Shown here in pieces: positions 13,351 through 21,744 of a DNA stretch of 32,000 nt (positions are counted from its first letter, which is position 1; each line of letters begins with the position of its first letter). Position numbers and translations under genes: made by a program. The stretch is taken from positions 32,057 to 64,056 of the forward strand of contig JAGBIO010000035.1 of assembly GCA_017934955.1 (NCBI GenBank), in the 5' to 3' direction. This DNA is from Clostridia bacterium (GTDB lineage: Bacteria > Bacillota > Clostridia > TANB77 > RGIG9151). The notes beneath the pieces are model-generated. The model was not told where the DNA came from and did no database searches. It worked only from the letters and a program-made list of their open reading frames with translations.

Positions 13351-15678
13351 CTAATGCGTTATGCCAAGTTCACGATTTAATGCCTCACGTTTTCTTCTCA
13401 ATGTTTTTTCCTCTGTTATAACAGCCTGTTTCATTTTTCCCGTAACAGTCAATTTCAAATCCTGCAATTCTGCCAATCGCTTTTCTAAAACAGCATAAGC
13501 TTCCCTTAACTGCTGAACTTTTTCCTCTATTTGCATGTCTAAATTGTCTGCTTGTTTTGCCATTTCCGCTTGTTTCCCCTTATAACCGAAATCAATAGAA
13601 TGTTGCTGTTTTGCTTGCTGAATCACATCTAAGTCAATTTCTCCCTTCACTACTTTTGATAACGTTCTATTCACATTTGTATAACAACATTGATCCTGCA
13701 AAACATATTGGACGTAATCTTTTGCCAAATCCACATCACCTTGTGAAATCTCCTTTGTCACTGTTTTTCCGGTCTTTAAATCCACATAACCGATCCGAGC
13801 ATCGTCGCCAAATTTATACGGGCTTCTGTAACCTTTTACTCGACTCACTTCTTGGTACATCCCGCGAATAAACTTTGTTAATGATTTTTCATTTTTACAA
13901 ACTCTCTGAATCATCTCAATTTTCATAACAATGAGATCAATTTGTCTCGCAAGGGATCCCTCTTCTATTGTAAATAAGCGCACGTATTGGGGAAATGTTA
14001 ACTGCTGACTTACTATCCCTTCTGCAAATTTTTCAAATAAATGTTGTTTTTCTTGGGTAATACAATCTCTTACTAAAACATCAAAGTTTACGGTTTTTTT
14101 CAAATATTCCTCTAAGGATAATTCTCCGGAAATCAATCTTTTCCGGACATTTCTAACCTTTGCCAAATACTTTTCCGAATTTTTCTGCAATGTATCTTTT
14201 AACTTCTCCTCATCTATTTTATCACCGCAAGTCTCGCGAACAATGTGTAAAATCGTTTCAAACTCCTCCTGCGTCATTCCTTTTCTTTCTGCAAATGCCT
14301 TTTTACTTTCACTTCCCTGCGTAAATTCTCTCACTAAAGCAATTCCAAAATACTCTTCACCGGAATTCTTTATAATTCCTTGACAATCAAAACCCAGTTC
14401 ATTAACTCCTTCTCTATTTAAGCCTTTTCTATCATATCCGTCTTTATTATAACCGGCTTGGTCATAGCCTTCTTCATCATACCCCATTTCGTTATATCCT
14501 TCTCGATTATAACCGGCTTGATTATATCCTTTATCATCATAGAATGTTCCATTTCTATGCTTTCCGCACGCATTAAATCCGTTTCGATCAAATCCGCTTC
14601 GATCATAACCCGCTTCATTATAACCGGTGAAATCATAACCTTCTTCATCATATTTTGTGCCATTTTTATGTAATCTCGTTTTATGAAAGCCCCTTTTGTT
14701 GTAACCTTCTCTATCATAGCCATACCGATTATATCCTTCTCTGTTATATCGATCTCTATCATAACCGGCTTTATTGTACCCCTCTTTATCATAACCATAC
14801 CTATCATATCCGGCTGCATTATAACCACTTTTATCATATCCGAATGCATTATATTTCGTTCCATTTTTATGCAGCCCATCTTTGTTAAAGCCTGCCGCAT
14901 CGTACCCACTTCTATCATAACCGGCTTTATTATAGCCCTCTTTATTATAACCGGCTTTATCATAGCCGAACTTATCATAACCTGCTCTGTTATAGCCTTC
15001 TTGGTCATATCCTAAAATATCATAACCTTCTTCATCGTATTTTGTTCCGTTTTTATGCAACCCATCTCTGTTAAATCCTTTTTTATTAAAACCTTTTTTA
15101 TTATAGCCTTCTTGATCATATCCAAAATAATCGAAACCATGAGAATCGTATCTTGTTCCGTTTTTATGAAGATTGCCTCGACTAAATCCGTTTCGATCAA
15201 ACCCTCTTTTATCATATCCGTATTTATCGTATCCGTCTCGATCATATCCGAACTTATTATATCCGTTTTTTTTGTAACCATCCCTATCAAAACCTTCTCT
15301 GTTAAAACCTGCCCGATTATATCCATCTCTATCGTATCCACTTAAATTATATCTTGTTCCATTTTTATAAATTCCTTCACTGTTAAAACCTTCTCGGTCA
15401 TACCCCTCTCGATCGTAACCTTTCCGATTATAACCCTTTTTATCATACCCTTCTCGGTCGTAACCCTCTCGATCATACCCTCTTTTGTTATACCCCTCTC
15501 GGTCATATCCTTCTCGATCATAGCCCTCTCGGTCATATCCTTCTCGATCATAACCATGCCGATCGTAGCCAAAACTATCATAACCTTCTTCATCATACCA
15601 TGTACCATTTTGATGTTTTCCTCTACGCCCGGTCGGTGTAATTCTAAATCCTCTTTCGTCATACTGTATCTCTTTCAT
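13351..15678 (-). CDS. 775-aa protein with a roughly 400-aa N-terminal array of G-[YF]-[DN]-x-x pentapeptide repeats, a unique C-terminal domain and a coiled-coil tail
   Basis: ATG at 15678 sits 7 nt after GGAGG. The sequence GYDREGYDREGYDREGYDREGYNKRGYDREGYD... is punctuated seven times by [HK][KQR]NGT.Y. The non-repetitive C-terminal half ends in a heptad-rich segment. Confidence 0.85.
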   Translation of the reverse strand: MKEIQYDERGFRITPTGRRGKHQNGTWYDEEGYDSFGYDRHGYDREGYDREGYDREGYDREGYNKRGYDREGYDREGYDKKGYNRKGYDREGYDREGFNSEGIYKNGTRYNLSGYDRDGYNRAGFNREGFDRDGYKKNGYNKFGYDRDGYDKYGYDKRGFDRNGFSRGNLHKNGTRYDSHGFDYFGYDQEGYNKKGFNKKGFNRDGLHKNGTKYDEEGYDILGYDQEGYNRAGYDKFGYDKAGYNKEGYNKAGYDRSGYDAAGFNKDGLHKNGTKYNAFGYDKSGYNAAGYDRYGYDKEGYNKAGYDRDRYNREGYNRYGYDREGYNKRGFHKTRLHKNGTKYDEEGYDFTGYNEAGYDRSGFDRNGFNACGKHRNGTFYDDKGYNQAGYNREGYNEMGYDEEGYDQAGYNKDGYDRKGLNREGVNELGFDCQGIIKNSGEEYFGIALVREFTQGSESKKAFAERKGMTQEEFETILHIVRETCGDKIDEEKLKDTLQKNSEKYLAKVRNVRKRLISGELSLEEYLKKTVNFDVLVRDCITQEKQHLFEKFAEGIVSQQLTFPQYVRLFTIEEGSLARQIDLIVMKIEMIQRVCKNEKSLTKFIRGMYQEVSRVKGYRSPYKFGDDARIGYVDLKTGKTVTKEISQGDVDLAKDYVQYVLQDQCCYTNVNRTLSKVVKGEIDLDVIQQAKQQHSIDFGYKGKQAEMAKQADNLDMQIEEKVQQLREAYAVLEKRLAELQDLKLTVTGKMKQAVITEEKTLRRKREALNRELGITH

Positions 15679-15693
15679 TTTTTCGCCTCCGCA

Positions 15694-15732
15694 AACATTA
15701 TGTAAATATTATACTACGTTTTACATAATGTT
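15694..15732. promoter_or_regulatory. Perfect 13-bp inverted repeat bracketing the -10 box (candidate operator)
   Basis: AACATTATGTAAA (15694-15706) and TTTACATAATGTT (15720-15732) flank the TATAAT element. Confidence 0.5.
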
Positions 15733-15736
15733 GCAA
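15708..15736 (-). promoter_or_regulatory. Sigma-A type promoter of the repeat-protein operon
   Basis: On the minus strand: TTGCAA (15736-15731), a 17-nt spacer, then TATAAT (15713-15708). Confidence 0.7.
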
Positions 15737-15862
15737 GTAGTAACAGTGATTCGAAAAATCATTGTAATTCTTTCTCTTTTTTCTCACTTCTTCCATAATT
15801 TTTGCATTGCGACTGCTTCGAAAGGCATGTTACCATGAAAGTAAGACAAAGGAGCTGATGAC

Positions 15863-16831
15863 ATGAAACGGCTAAAAAACATATTTGCATTCATTCTGCT
15901 TACTTGCCTGTTTGTAAGCATATCGTTTGCGGAAAGTACTCTCAAAATAAAAGTGAATAATAAATACATCCAAACGGACGCCGATCCGTTTATCACAAAC
16001 GGAACAACTTACGTTCCGATTCGCTTCATCAGTGAAGGACTCAATATCCAAAACATAGCGTGGGATAGTAACTCCAAAACGGTTACCCTAAAAAGCGGCT
16101 CAGACACTTTAAGAATCTTGATCAATAAGAATTATGCTTATAAAAACGGTATTCTTATTACCGTACCCAATCCGGCAATCCTGGTAAACGGACGAACCTT
16201 CGTACCGTTACGATTCGTCTCGGAAAACTTTGATGCGGATGTAGAATGGCAAGAAAGCACCGACACTGTAATCATTACAACAGCTTCCGCCGCGCCGCCT
16301 TCTTCCGGTTCAGGTTCCTCCTCTTCCGGCTCAGGTTCCTCCTCTTCCGGTTCAGGTTCTTCCTCCGGCTCAAGCTCTTCCTCCGGTTCAGGTTCTTCCT
16401 CCGGCTCAAGTTCTCCTTCCACGCCAATCGCACCTTCCGGTTCTAACTCAGACCTCTATACAGACTATAACGATGCGGTATACTGGCTATCCCGCATCAT
16501 TGAAGCAGAAGCTGCCGGAGAATCCTTAAAGGGAAAAGTAGCCGTCGGAGAAGTTATCTTAAACCGGGTAAGAAGTGACGAATTTCCGAACACCATCTGG
16601 ACTGTTATCTTTGACACCAAATTCGGCATCCAATTCGAACCGGTCGCTAATGGAAGCATCTATAACACACCATCCGCCGAAAGTATCAAAGCCGCAAAAA
16701 TAGCATTAGACGGATCTAATTATGTTGGTAAATGTTTATACTTCTTAAATCCAAGAATCGCCCAAAGCAACTGGATTTCCAAAAATCGTGTATATTATAC
16801 AACCATCGGAAATCATGATTTTTATCTTTAA
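15863..16831 (+). CDS. Secreted cell-wall hydrolase: copper-amine-oxidase-N-like stalk domain, Ser/Gly linker and SleB/CwlJ (Hydrolase_2) domain
   Basis: It has a signal peptide (ILLTCLFVSISFA). GTTYVPIRFISEGL and GRTFVPLRFVSENF are Cu_amine_oxidN1-like. A 40+ aa SG-rich linker follows. The C-terminus reads YWLSRIIEAEAAGE...GEVILNRV...QFEP, as in SleB. Confidence 0.85.
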   Translation: MKRLKNIFAFILLTCLFVSISFAESTLKIKVNNKYIQTDADPFITNGTTYVPIRFISEGLNIQNIAWDSNSKTVTLKSGSDTLRILINKNYAYKNGILITVPNPAILVNGRTFVPLRFVSENFDADVEWQESTDTVIITTASAAPPSSGSGSSSSGSGSSSSGSGSSSGSSSSSGSGSSSGSSSPSTPIAPSGSNSDLYTDYNDAVYWLSRIIEAEAAGESLKGKVAVGEVILNRVRSDEFPNTIWTVIFDTKFGIQFEPVANGSIYNTPSAESIKAAKIALDGSNYVGKCLYFLNPRIAQSNWISKNRVYYTTIGNHDFYL

Positions 16832-16838
16832 AAAACAG

Positions 16839-16893
16839 AGCCGTAAAAAACTGTTTTGAAAATTTTATTTTTCCAAGGCAGTTTTTTACAGTC
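16839..16893. repeat. Repeat family 2, collapsed copy
   Basis: CCGTAAAAAACTG-TTTTGAAAATTTTATTTTTCCAAGG-CAGTTTTTTACAG. It matches the right arm, plus a stub of the left arm, of the 1286-1512 element. Confidence 0.75.
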
Positions 16894-16907
16894 TCTTCCT
16901 TTTGTAC

Positions 16908-16927
16908 GGACAGCATTTATGCTGTCC
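16908..16927. repeat. Solo family 1 palindrome between convergent genes (possible bidirectional terminator)
   Basis: GGACAGCAT-TT-ATGCTGTCC lies 4 nt beyond the stop of the RluA-family gene. Confidence 0.8.
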
Positions 16928-16931
16928 TAAA

Positions 16932-17585
16932 TTATCCCCACTCCGGCGACAGCCGAAATTCCATTTCTTCCTTTGTCGTCGGATGCTGAAAACAAATCAG
17001 ATGCGAAAACAGCATAATATCCGATTTTCCGTCTATTTTTCCATATTTTCCGTCTCCCACCAAAGGACAACCGATATTCGCAAATTGTACGCGAATCTGA
17101 TGCGGTCTTCCGGTATGCAATTCCACCCGCACAAGCGTTCTTTTTCCTTCTTTTCTCAACACTTTATAATCCAAAACCGCCTTCTTCGCCCCTTCATGAG
17201 ACTCCTCTACCACGTAAACCTGATTCTTCTTCTCGTCCTTCCAAAGATAATTCTCCAATCTTCCCTCATCTTTCTTCGGAACGCCATCCAACATCGCCAA
17301 ATAAACCTTTTTAAAACTTCGATTCCGAATCTGTTCCGACAATCTCGACGCCGCTTTTGAAGTACGTGCAAATACCATCACTCCACCAACCGGACGATCT
17401 AAGCGATGTACAATCCCGACAAACACATTCCCCGGTTTATTGTACTTCACTCGAATATACTCCTTCACAAGATTATACATATCCACGTCCCCGGTAGAAT
17501 CCTCCTGCGTCGGAATTCCCGAAGGCTTCTCTACCACAATAATATGATTATCTTCATAAAGTACCTTTAACAGATTCTCTTCCAT
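16932..17585 (-). CDS. RluA-family pseudouridine synthase
   Basis: The catalytic motif HRLDRPVGG and VVEKPSGIPTQ are present. The ATG at 17585 overlaps the upstream stop as TAATG, which suggests translational coupling. Confidence 0.85.
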   Translation of the reverse strand: MEENLLKVLYEDNHIIVVEKPSGIPTQEDSTGDVDMYNLVKEYIRVKYNKPGNVFVGIVHRLDRPVGGVMVFARTSKAASRLSEQIRNRSFKKVYLAMLDGVPKKDEGRLENYLWKDEKKNQVYVVEESHEGAKKAVLDYKVLRKEGKRTLVRVELHTGRPHQIRVQFANIGCPLVGDGKYGKIDGKSDIMLFSHLICFQHPTTKEEMEFRLSPEWG

Positions 17586-18439
17586 TACTTCTTCCACCAT
17601 CTTCCATAAATTCCGCAAGGCAACACCAATTTACTCGACGTCACCGGAAGTCCGATTTCTCCGCAGGAAACTTCACCCTTTTGCATCGTCAACTCCAAAA
17701 TATTTTTTAACACCGTCGGTGCAAGCCCCGCAGTATAAGAATTAATCAAATAAAATAACGGCTCCTCACTCAAAATTTCCTTTGTTTTCAAAATTAACGG
17801 ATATAAATCCTTTTCAATATCCCAAACTTCACCATTCGTACCTTTTCCATAACTCGGTGGATCCATCACAATCGCATCATACTTCTTTCCTCTGCGAATC
17901 TCCCGTTCCACAAATTTCACAACATCATCCACGATAAAACGCACCGGCTTATCTCCCAAACCCGAAAGAATTAAATTCTCCTTCGCCTGCGATACAATCC
18001 TCTTCGACGCATCCACATGACAAACCGACGCGCCTGCATACGCACACGCAACCGAAGCCCCTCCGGTATAAGCAAACAAATTCAACACCCGAATCGGACG
18101 ACCCGCATTCCGAATCATCTGAATCATCCAATCCCAATTCACCGCCTGTTCCGGAAACAATCCCGTATGCTTAAAATTCATCGGCTTAATTACAAACTTT
18201 AAGTCCTTATAAGAAATCGTCCAAGTCTCCGGCAGTTTCTTAAAAAACTCCCAACTACCGCCTCCTGAATTGCTTCTGTGATACCAACCATCCACTCGAT
18301 TCCATCTCTTATCCATCGGCGTATTCCAAACAATCTGAGGATCCGGTCTTCTTAAAATCACATCCCCCCAGCGTTCCAATTTTTCTCCCGAAGAAGTATC
18401 TATCAACTCATAATCCTTCCAATCATTCGCAATTATCAT
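17585..18439 (-). CDS. Class I SAM-dependent methyltransferase (RlmI/YwbD-like, PF10672-type)
   Basis: VLNLFAYTGGASVA and IVMDPPSYG are SAM-binding and catalytic motifs. The start is uncertain: I chose the ATG at 18439 (MIIANDWKDYELID), and the track begins at TTG 18499. Confidence 0.8.
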   Translation of the reverse strand: MIIANDWKDYELIDTSSGEKLERWGDVILRRPDPQIVWNTPMDKRWNRVDGWYHRSNSGGGSWEFFKKLPETWTISYKDLKFVIKPMNFKHTGLFPEQAVNWDWMIQMIRNAGRPIRVLNLFAYTGGASVACAYAGASVCHVDASKRIVSQAKENLILSGLGDKPVRFIVDDVVKFVEREIRRGKKYDAIVMDPPSYGKGTNGEVWDIEKDLYPLILKTKEILSEEPLFYLINSYTAGLAPTVLKNILELTMQKGEVSCGEIGLPVTSSKLVLPCGIYGRWWKK

Positions 18440-18566
18440 AAAAATCTTCCCTTCCATAACGTTATCTATCATTATAGTCTTTTCACTTTCATTTGTCAAA
18501 TTTTGGCTTTAGAAATATGTGAAAAGGAGGTTACTTTTCAGTAACCTCCCTATCTCTTTTCTTTTT

Positions 18567-19277
18567 TTACTTCATAGAAAGGTCCTCCATGGGCACATAG
18601 GCATGCCTATCATTTACCCAGATGATGTACCAACCTTCATTGTTATTAGAAACCACCTGTACCTTGTCTCCGGCACCATAAAGCGCCACTTTACAAGATG
18701 ACTCATTCGGCAAAGAATACGCAATCGTATTTACTTTCGCCGTAGCGGTTTTACGTGTCCCTCCGGAATAGTACTCCGCCTCTTCTTTTTTATAGACGTT
18801 TGCCTCCTTGCTGAGCCAAGCAGAACCGCCGTCTCTGAAAGAAATCACATAGAACTCATCAAACTCTTCCAGAATCAAATACTCATTACCAACCGTAAGC
18901 TTGTCTGTAAGAGGTTGACTCATAGTGAAGGAAGAGTAAACTCTCACGCCTTCCTCTGCGATTACCAGGTTTCGAGCCCAAGGCTTAATTAGGTCCGCGA
19001 CCACCCAACCTTCCTCCATCTTTTCAATGGAGAAAACATTGGCGAACCCATTCTTGTAAATGGGATTACCATGTGGATCCTGAAGAAGAATCAAATCTTC
19101 TTCATTTTTCAAAGTCGCAATTCTTCTCGCACCTTCATTTGGCTCTTCTCGAAGGCTAAGTTGCCTACAAACAACCGACGCTTCGATACCGTCAGGAACT
19201 TCGTACGCTTCCGCATAAGCGAAAGCAGTAAGAGACAGAAAAACGAGGATAACAAAAGCAACGACCAGCTTTTTCAT
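18567..19277 (-). CDS. Secreted protein with SH3b-like repeats
   Basis: ATG at 19277 follows AAGGAGG. It has a signal peptide (FLSLTAFAYA). Segments resembling bacterial SH3 domains include GDKVQVVSNNNEGWYIIWVNDRHAYVPMEDL. Confidence 0.65.
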   Translation of the reverse strand: MKKLVVAFVILVFLSLTAFAYAEAYEVPDGIEASVVCRQLSLREEPNEGARRIATLKNEEDLILLQDPHGNPIYKNGFANVFSIEKMEEGWVVADLIKPWARNLVIAEEGVRVYSSFTMSQPLTDKLTVGNEYLILEEFDEFYVISFRDGGSAWLSKEANVYKKEEAEYYSGGTRKTATAKVNTIAYSLPNESSCKVALYGAGDKVQVVSNNNEGWYIIWVNDRHAYVPMEDLSMK

Positions 19278-19311
19278 AAATAAAGCCTCCTTATATTTTG
19301 TTGGCATTTTG

Positions 19312-19340
19312 ATTATACATCATTTTAGAAATTATGTCAA
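19312..19340 (-). promoter_or_regulatory. Consensus sigma-A promoter for the 19277-18567 gene
   Basis: On the minus strand: TTGACA (19340-19335), a 17-nt spacer, then TATAAT (19317-19312). Confidence 0.7.
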
Positions 19341-19361
19341 TTTCTCTGGATATAGTTGAAT

Positions 19362-19400
19362 ATTGTATAGGCAAAATCTTTGATTTTTCCTATACAACAA
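19362..19400. repeat. Repeat family 4 hairpin, copy 2
   Basis: The sequence ATTGTATAGGCAAAATCTTTGATTTTTCCTATACAACAA matches the core at 1782-1820 exactly. Confidence 0.8.
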
Positions 19401-19404
19401 AACA

Positions 19405-19431
19405 GCGAGTAAAGTTTCTATCTTTACTCGC
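19405..19431. terminator. Terminator hairpin downstream of hpf
   Basis: GCGAGTAAAG-tttctat-CTTTACTCGC has T/A runs on both sides. Confidence 0.7.
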
Positions 19432-19446
19432 TTTTTAAACCACGTC

Positions 19447-19971
19447 TTACTTCTCCGGTTCCAAAATTCCATAATTTCCATTCTTCAACTTAAACAATAC
19501 ATTTGTTTCATTTGTATCGGAATTATTAAACACATAAAATGTCTTGTCGGAATCTTTTAATTCCAAGATAACATCTTCTACCGTCATCGGTTTTGTACTA
19601 AAGGTTTTTACCTTTGTCACTTCATTTTCCGCAACCGGCACGTTATCTATTCTCAAATATTTTGCGTCATACGCGGTATCTTTCATCATTTTTTCTTTTC
19701 TTGTCTTTACTTTTCTGATTTGACCTTCCAACAAGTCAATTCCTTTATCTATCGAAGCATATAAATCATCATTGGTTGCCTCTGCACGATAAGTATAGCC
19801 TTCAAAATGAATCGTAACACCTAAGATATGTCTCTTCTTTTCTACGCTGAATGTAACATTCGCTTCTGTGTCCGGATTAAAAAACTTTTCAATTCGAGAT
19901 AATTTCTTTTCTGCATATTCCTGCATTGCTTGCGTTACTTCAACATTTCTGCCTGTCATAATATACTTCAT
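19447..19971 (-). CDS. hpf: Ribosome hibernation promoting factor, long form
   Basis: MKYIMTGRNVEVTQAMQEYAEKKLSRIEKFF is an S30AE/HPF N-terminal domain, and a C-terminal dimerisation domain is also present. ATG at 19971 sits 8 nt after AAAGGAG. Confidence 0.9.
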   Translation of the reverse strand: MKYIMTGRNVEVTQAMQEYAEKKLSRIEKFFNPDTEANVTFSVEKKRHILGVTIHFEGYTYRAEATNDDLYASIDKGIDLLEGQIRKVKTRKEKMMKDTAYDAKYLRIDNVPVAENEVTKVKTFSTKPMTVEDVILELKDSDKTFYVFNNSDTNETNVLFKLKNGNYGILEPEK

Positions 19972-20061
19972 AATCATTTCTCCTTTCTGATTCTTACACC
20001 TTATATTTATCATAATTTTACAGTAAAAACAAGAGTTTATCATTAATTTATAGGTTTCATA

Positions 20062-20215
20062 GTTACTAATCAGACTTAAAATTATAAAAATGTTACGAAC
20101 ACTGTAGGGACAGCATTTATGCTGTCCACAGAAAAGGCGTAAAGCAGGACAGCATGAATGCTGTCCCTACAATGGTTGTAGCATCATTATAAAAAGCTAT
20201 AGTCTGACCTGTAAC
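20062..20215. repeat. Repeat family 1, full-length two-hairpin copy
   Basis: GTTACTAATCAGAC...GGACAGCAT-TT-ATGCTGTCC (20108-20127)...GGACAGCAT-GA-ATGCTGTCC (20147-20166)...AGTCTGACCTGTAAC. Confidence 0.88.
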
Positions 20216-21353
20216 GTTTCATAATTTCTTCATATAAATCTTTTAACGTTTGCACCGAAAACGACTCCGTCTTTTGAAGTGTATGCTTCTTGGCAAGTTC
20301 ATCGGTATAATCCGAAAGTTTATATGTCGAATAATATTTGCCGGAATAATGTGTCACTACAGGAATCATATCATATTCCTTTATTTTAACCTCACCGTTT
20401 TTCTCCCGCACCAATCGAATCTCCGCCATACCGCCCAAAATTCTCGGCACTGCTTTCTGATTCGACATAAAGTTTCCTAAAGAATAATAAACTAACCCCG
20501 TATTTCCATTTGTCGTCGTAACCATGCCATACGGCTCCAAAACATGTGGATGCGCGCAAAGAACAATATCCGCCCCGTTATCAATACAAAAATCCACATA
20601 TTTTTCGTGATATTTTGTCGGCTGATACACATATTCCGTCCCGATATGCAAAATCGGAATCAAAATATCGCTGTTTTCCTTCGCTTCTTTTAAGATTTTT
20701 GCAAGCTCCTCATCATCCCCCAAAACATCTACCATATATTCCTTATCCTTTGGAAGATTTAATCCGTTTAATCCAAAAGTATAATTCACAAACGCCATTT
20801 TAATGCCATTTTTCTCTAAATACATAATATCACTTTCTTCCGGCGTCTCATGAATCCCCAAAACTTTCATCTCCGGATAATGATTTTTCCAAAAACGCAA
20901 CGTATCTAAAATACCGCTTGTCCCCTTATCGTTGGTATGATTTGTCGCATGCGCCGTTACATCAAAACCCGCCTTTGCAATCGCATCTCCCACTTCCGTC
21001 GGACTGCCAAAGGTCGGATAAGAACTATATCTCGACTCATCCTCCACCAAAATCGTCTCCTGATTAATAATCGCCACATCCGCCGACTCAATCTCTTCCT
21101 TCACATTTTCAAACAACATATCAAAATTATAACCATTCTCGGTCTTTGCTGCAAAATATACCGAATTGTGAATTAAATTATCCCCCACCATCCGTATCAA
21201 TACTTCCTCCGGGACTTCTTCGACCAAAGGTGTATCATCACTCTGTGCATAGGCAGCCTTGTCCAATCTATCGGAAAAACAATAAAATGCAACAAACACA
21301 CCGACAATCACTAAAATTCCCAAAATAATCAATATTACTCTCTTTCGATTCAT
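20187..21353 (-). CDS. CapA-family (PGA_cap metallophosphatase-like) membrane-anchored protein
   Basis: It has an N-terminal transmembrane segment. MVGDNLIH, NQETIL, ATNHTND and CAHPHVLEP are typical CapA/YwtB motifs. The last 9 codons and the stop lie inside the repeat at 20062-20215. Confidence 0.85.
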   Translation of the reverse strand: MNRKRVILIILGILVIVGVFVAFYCFSDRLDKAAYAQSDDTPLVEEVPEEVLIRMVGDNLIHNSVYFAAKTENGYNFDMLFENVKEEIESADVAIINQETILVEDESRYSSYPTFGSPTEVGDAIAKAGFDVTAHATNHTNDKGTSGILDTLRFWKNHYPEMKVLGIHETPEESDIMYLEKNGIKMAFVNYTFGLNGLNLPKDKEYMVDVLGDDEELAKILKEAKENSDILIPILHIGTEYVYQPTKYHEKYVDFCIDNGADIVLCAHPHVLEPYGMVTTTNGNTGLVYYSLGNFMSNQKAVPRILGGMAEIRLVREKNGEVKIKEYDMIPVVTHYSGKYYSTYKLSDYTDELAKKHTLQKTESFSVQTLKDLYEEIMKRYRSDYSFL

Positions 21354-21410
21354 TTCTTCACGTCCTTAACTAAAGTTAAAATAAGACGGAAAATCAATCC
21401 GTCTTATCCA

Positions 21411-21725
21411 CTATTCTTCCTCTTTCGGCAATTCCTCTTTTTGAAATTCTTCAATTTCAGAAACAACCTCATTTTCCACTTTTTCGCCGGCTTTTTTCTC
21501 TAACTCCTCAATCAACGCAACCGCTTTAAAAAGCTGATCCGCCAAATTCAAAGAAGTCAAAACCGCCGCCATAGAAGCATCCAAACGCGGATTGGAATTC
21601 ATGATTTGATTTAACTTACGATCAATGTAATAAGCAACTCTCTGAATATACTCTTCCTCTTCTGTACAAGCGATATGGTACTCTCTTCCGTTAATTTTCA
21701 CCGGAACTTTCTTATAATCTCCCAT
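21411..21725 (-). CDS. zapA: Cell division protein ZapA
   Basis: VKINGREYHIACTEEEEYIQRVAYYIDRKL...AAVLTSLNLADQL matches the ZapA family pattern. Confidence 0.85.
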   Translation of the reverse strand: MGDYKKVPVKINGREYHIACTEEEEYIQRVAYYIDRKLNQIMNSNPRLDASMAAVLTSLNLADQLFKAVALIEELEKKAGEKVENEVVSEIEEFQKEELPKEEE

Positions 21726-21744
21726 TCGACCACTTCCCTTCGTA

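Noticed and set aside
14418-15662. Multiple 70-196 aa ORFs in other frames and on both strands inside the pentapeptide-repeat region (for example 14418-15008, 15012-15341 and 15342-15662 on minus; 14683-15015 and 15055-15345 on plus).
   Set aside because: The 15-nt periodic repeat simply lacks stop codons in several frames. The products are monotonous (MIKxVIIxx). A single frame with a good Shine-Dalgarno and promoter spans the whole region.
16138-16422. A minus-strand ORF encoding EEPEPEEE repeats.
   Set aside because: It is antisense to the Ser/Gly linker of the SleB-domain gene and is a low-complexity artefact.
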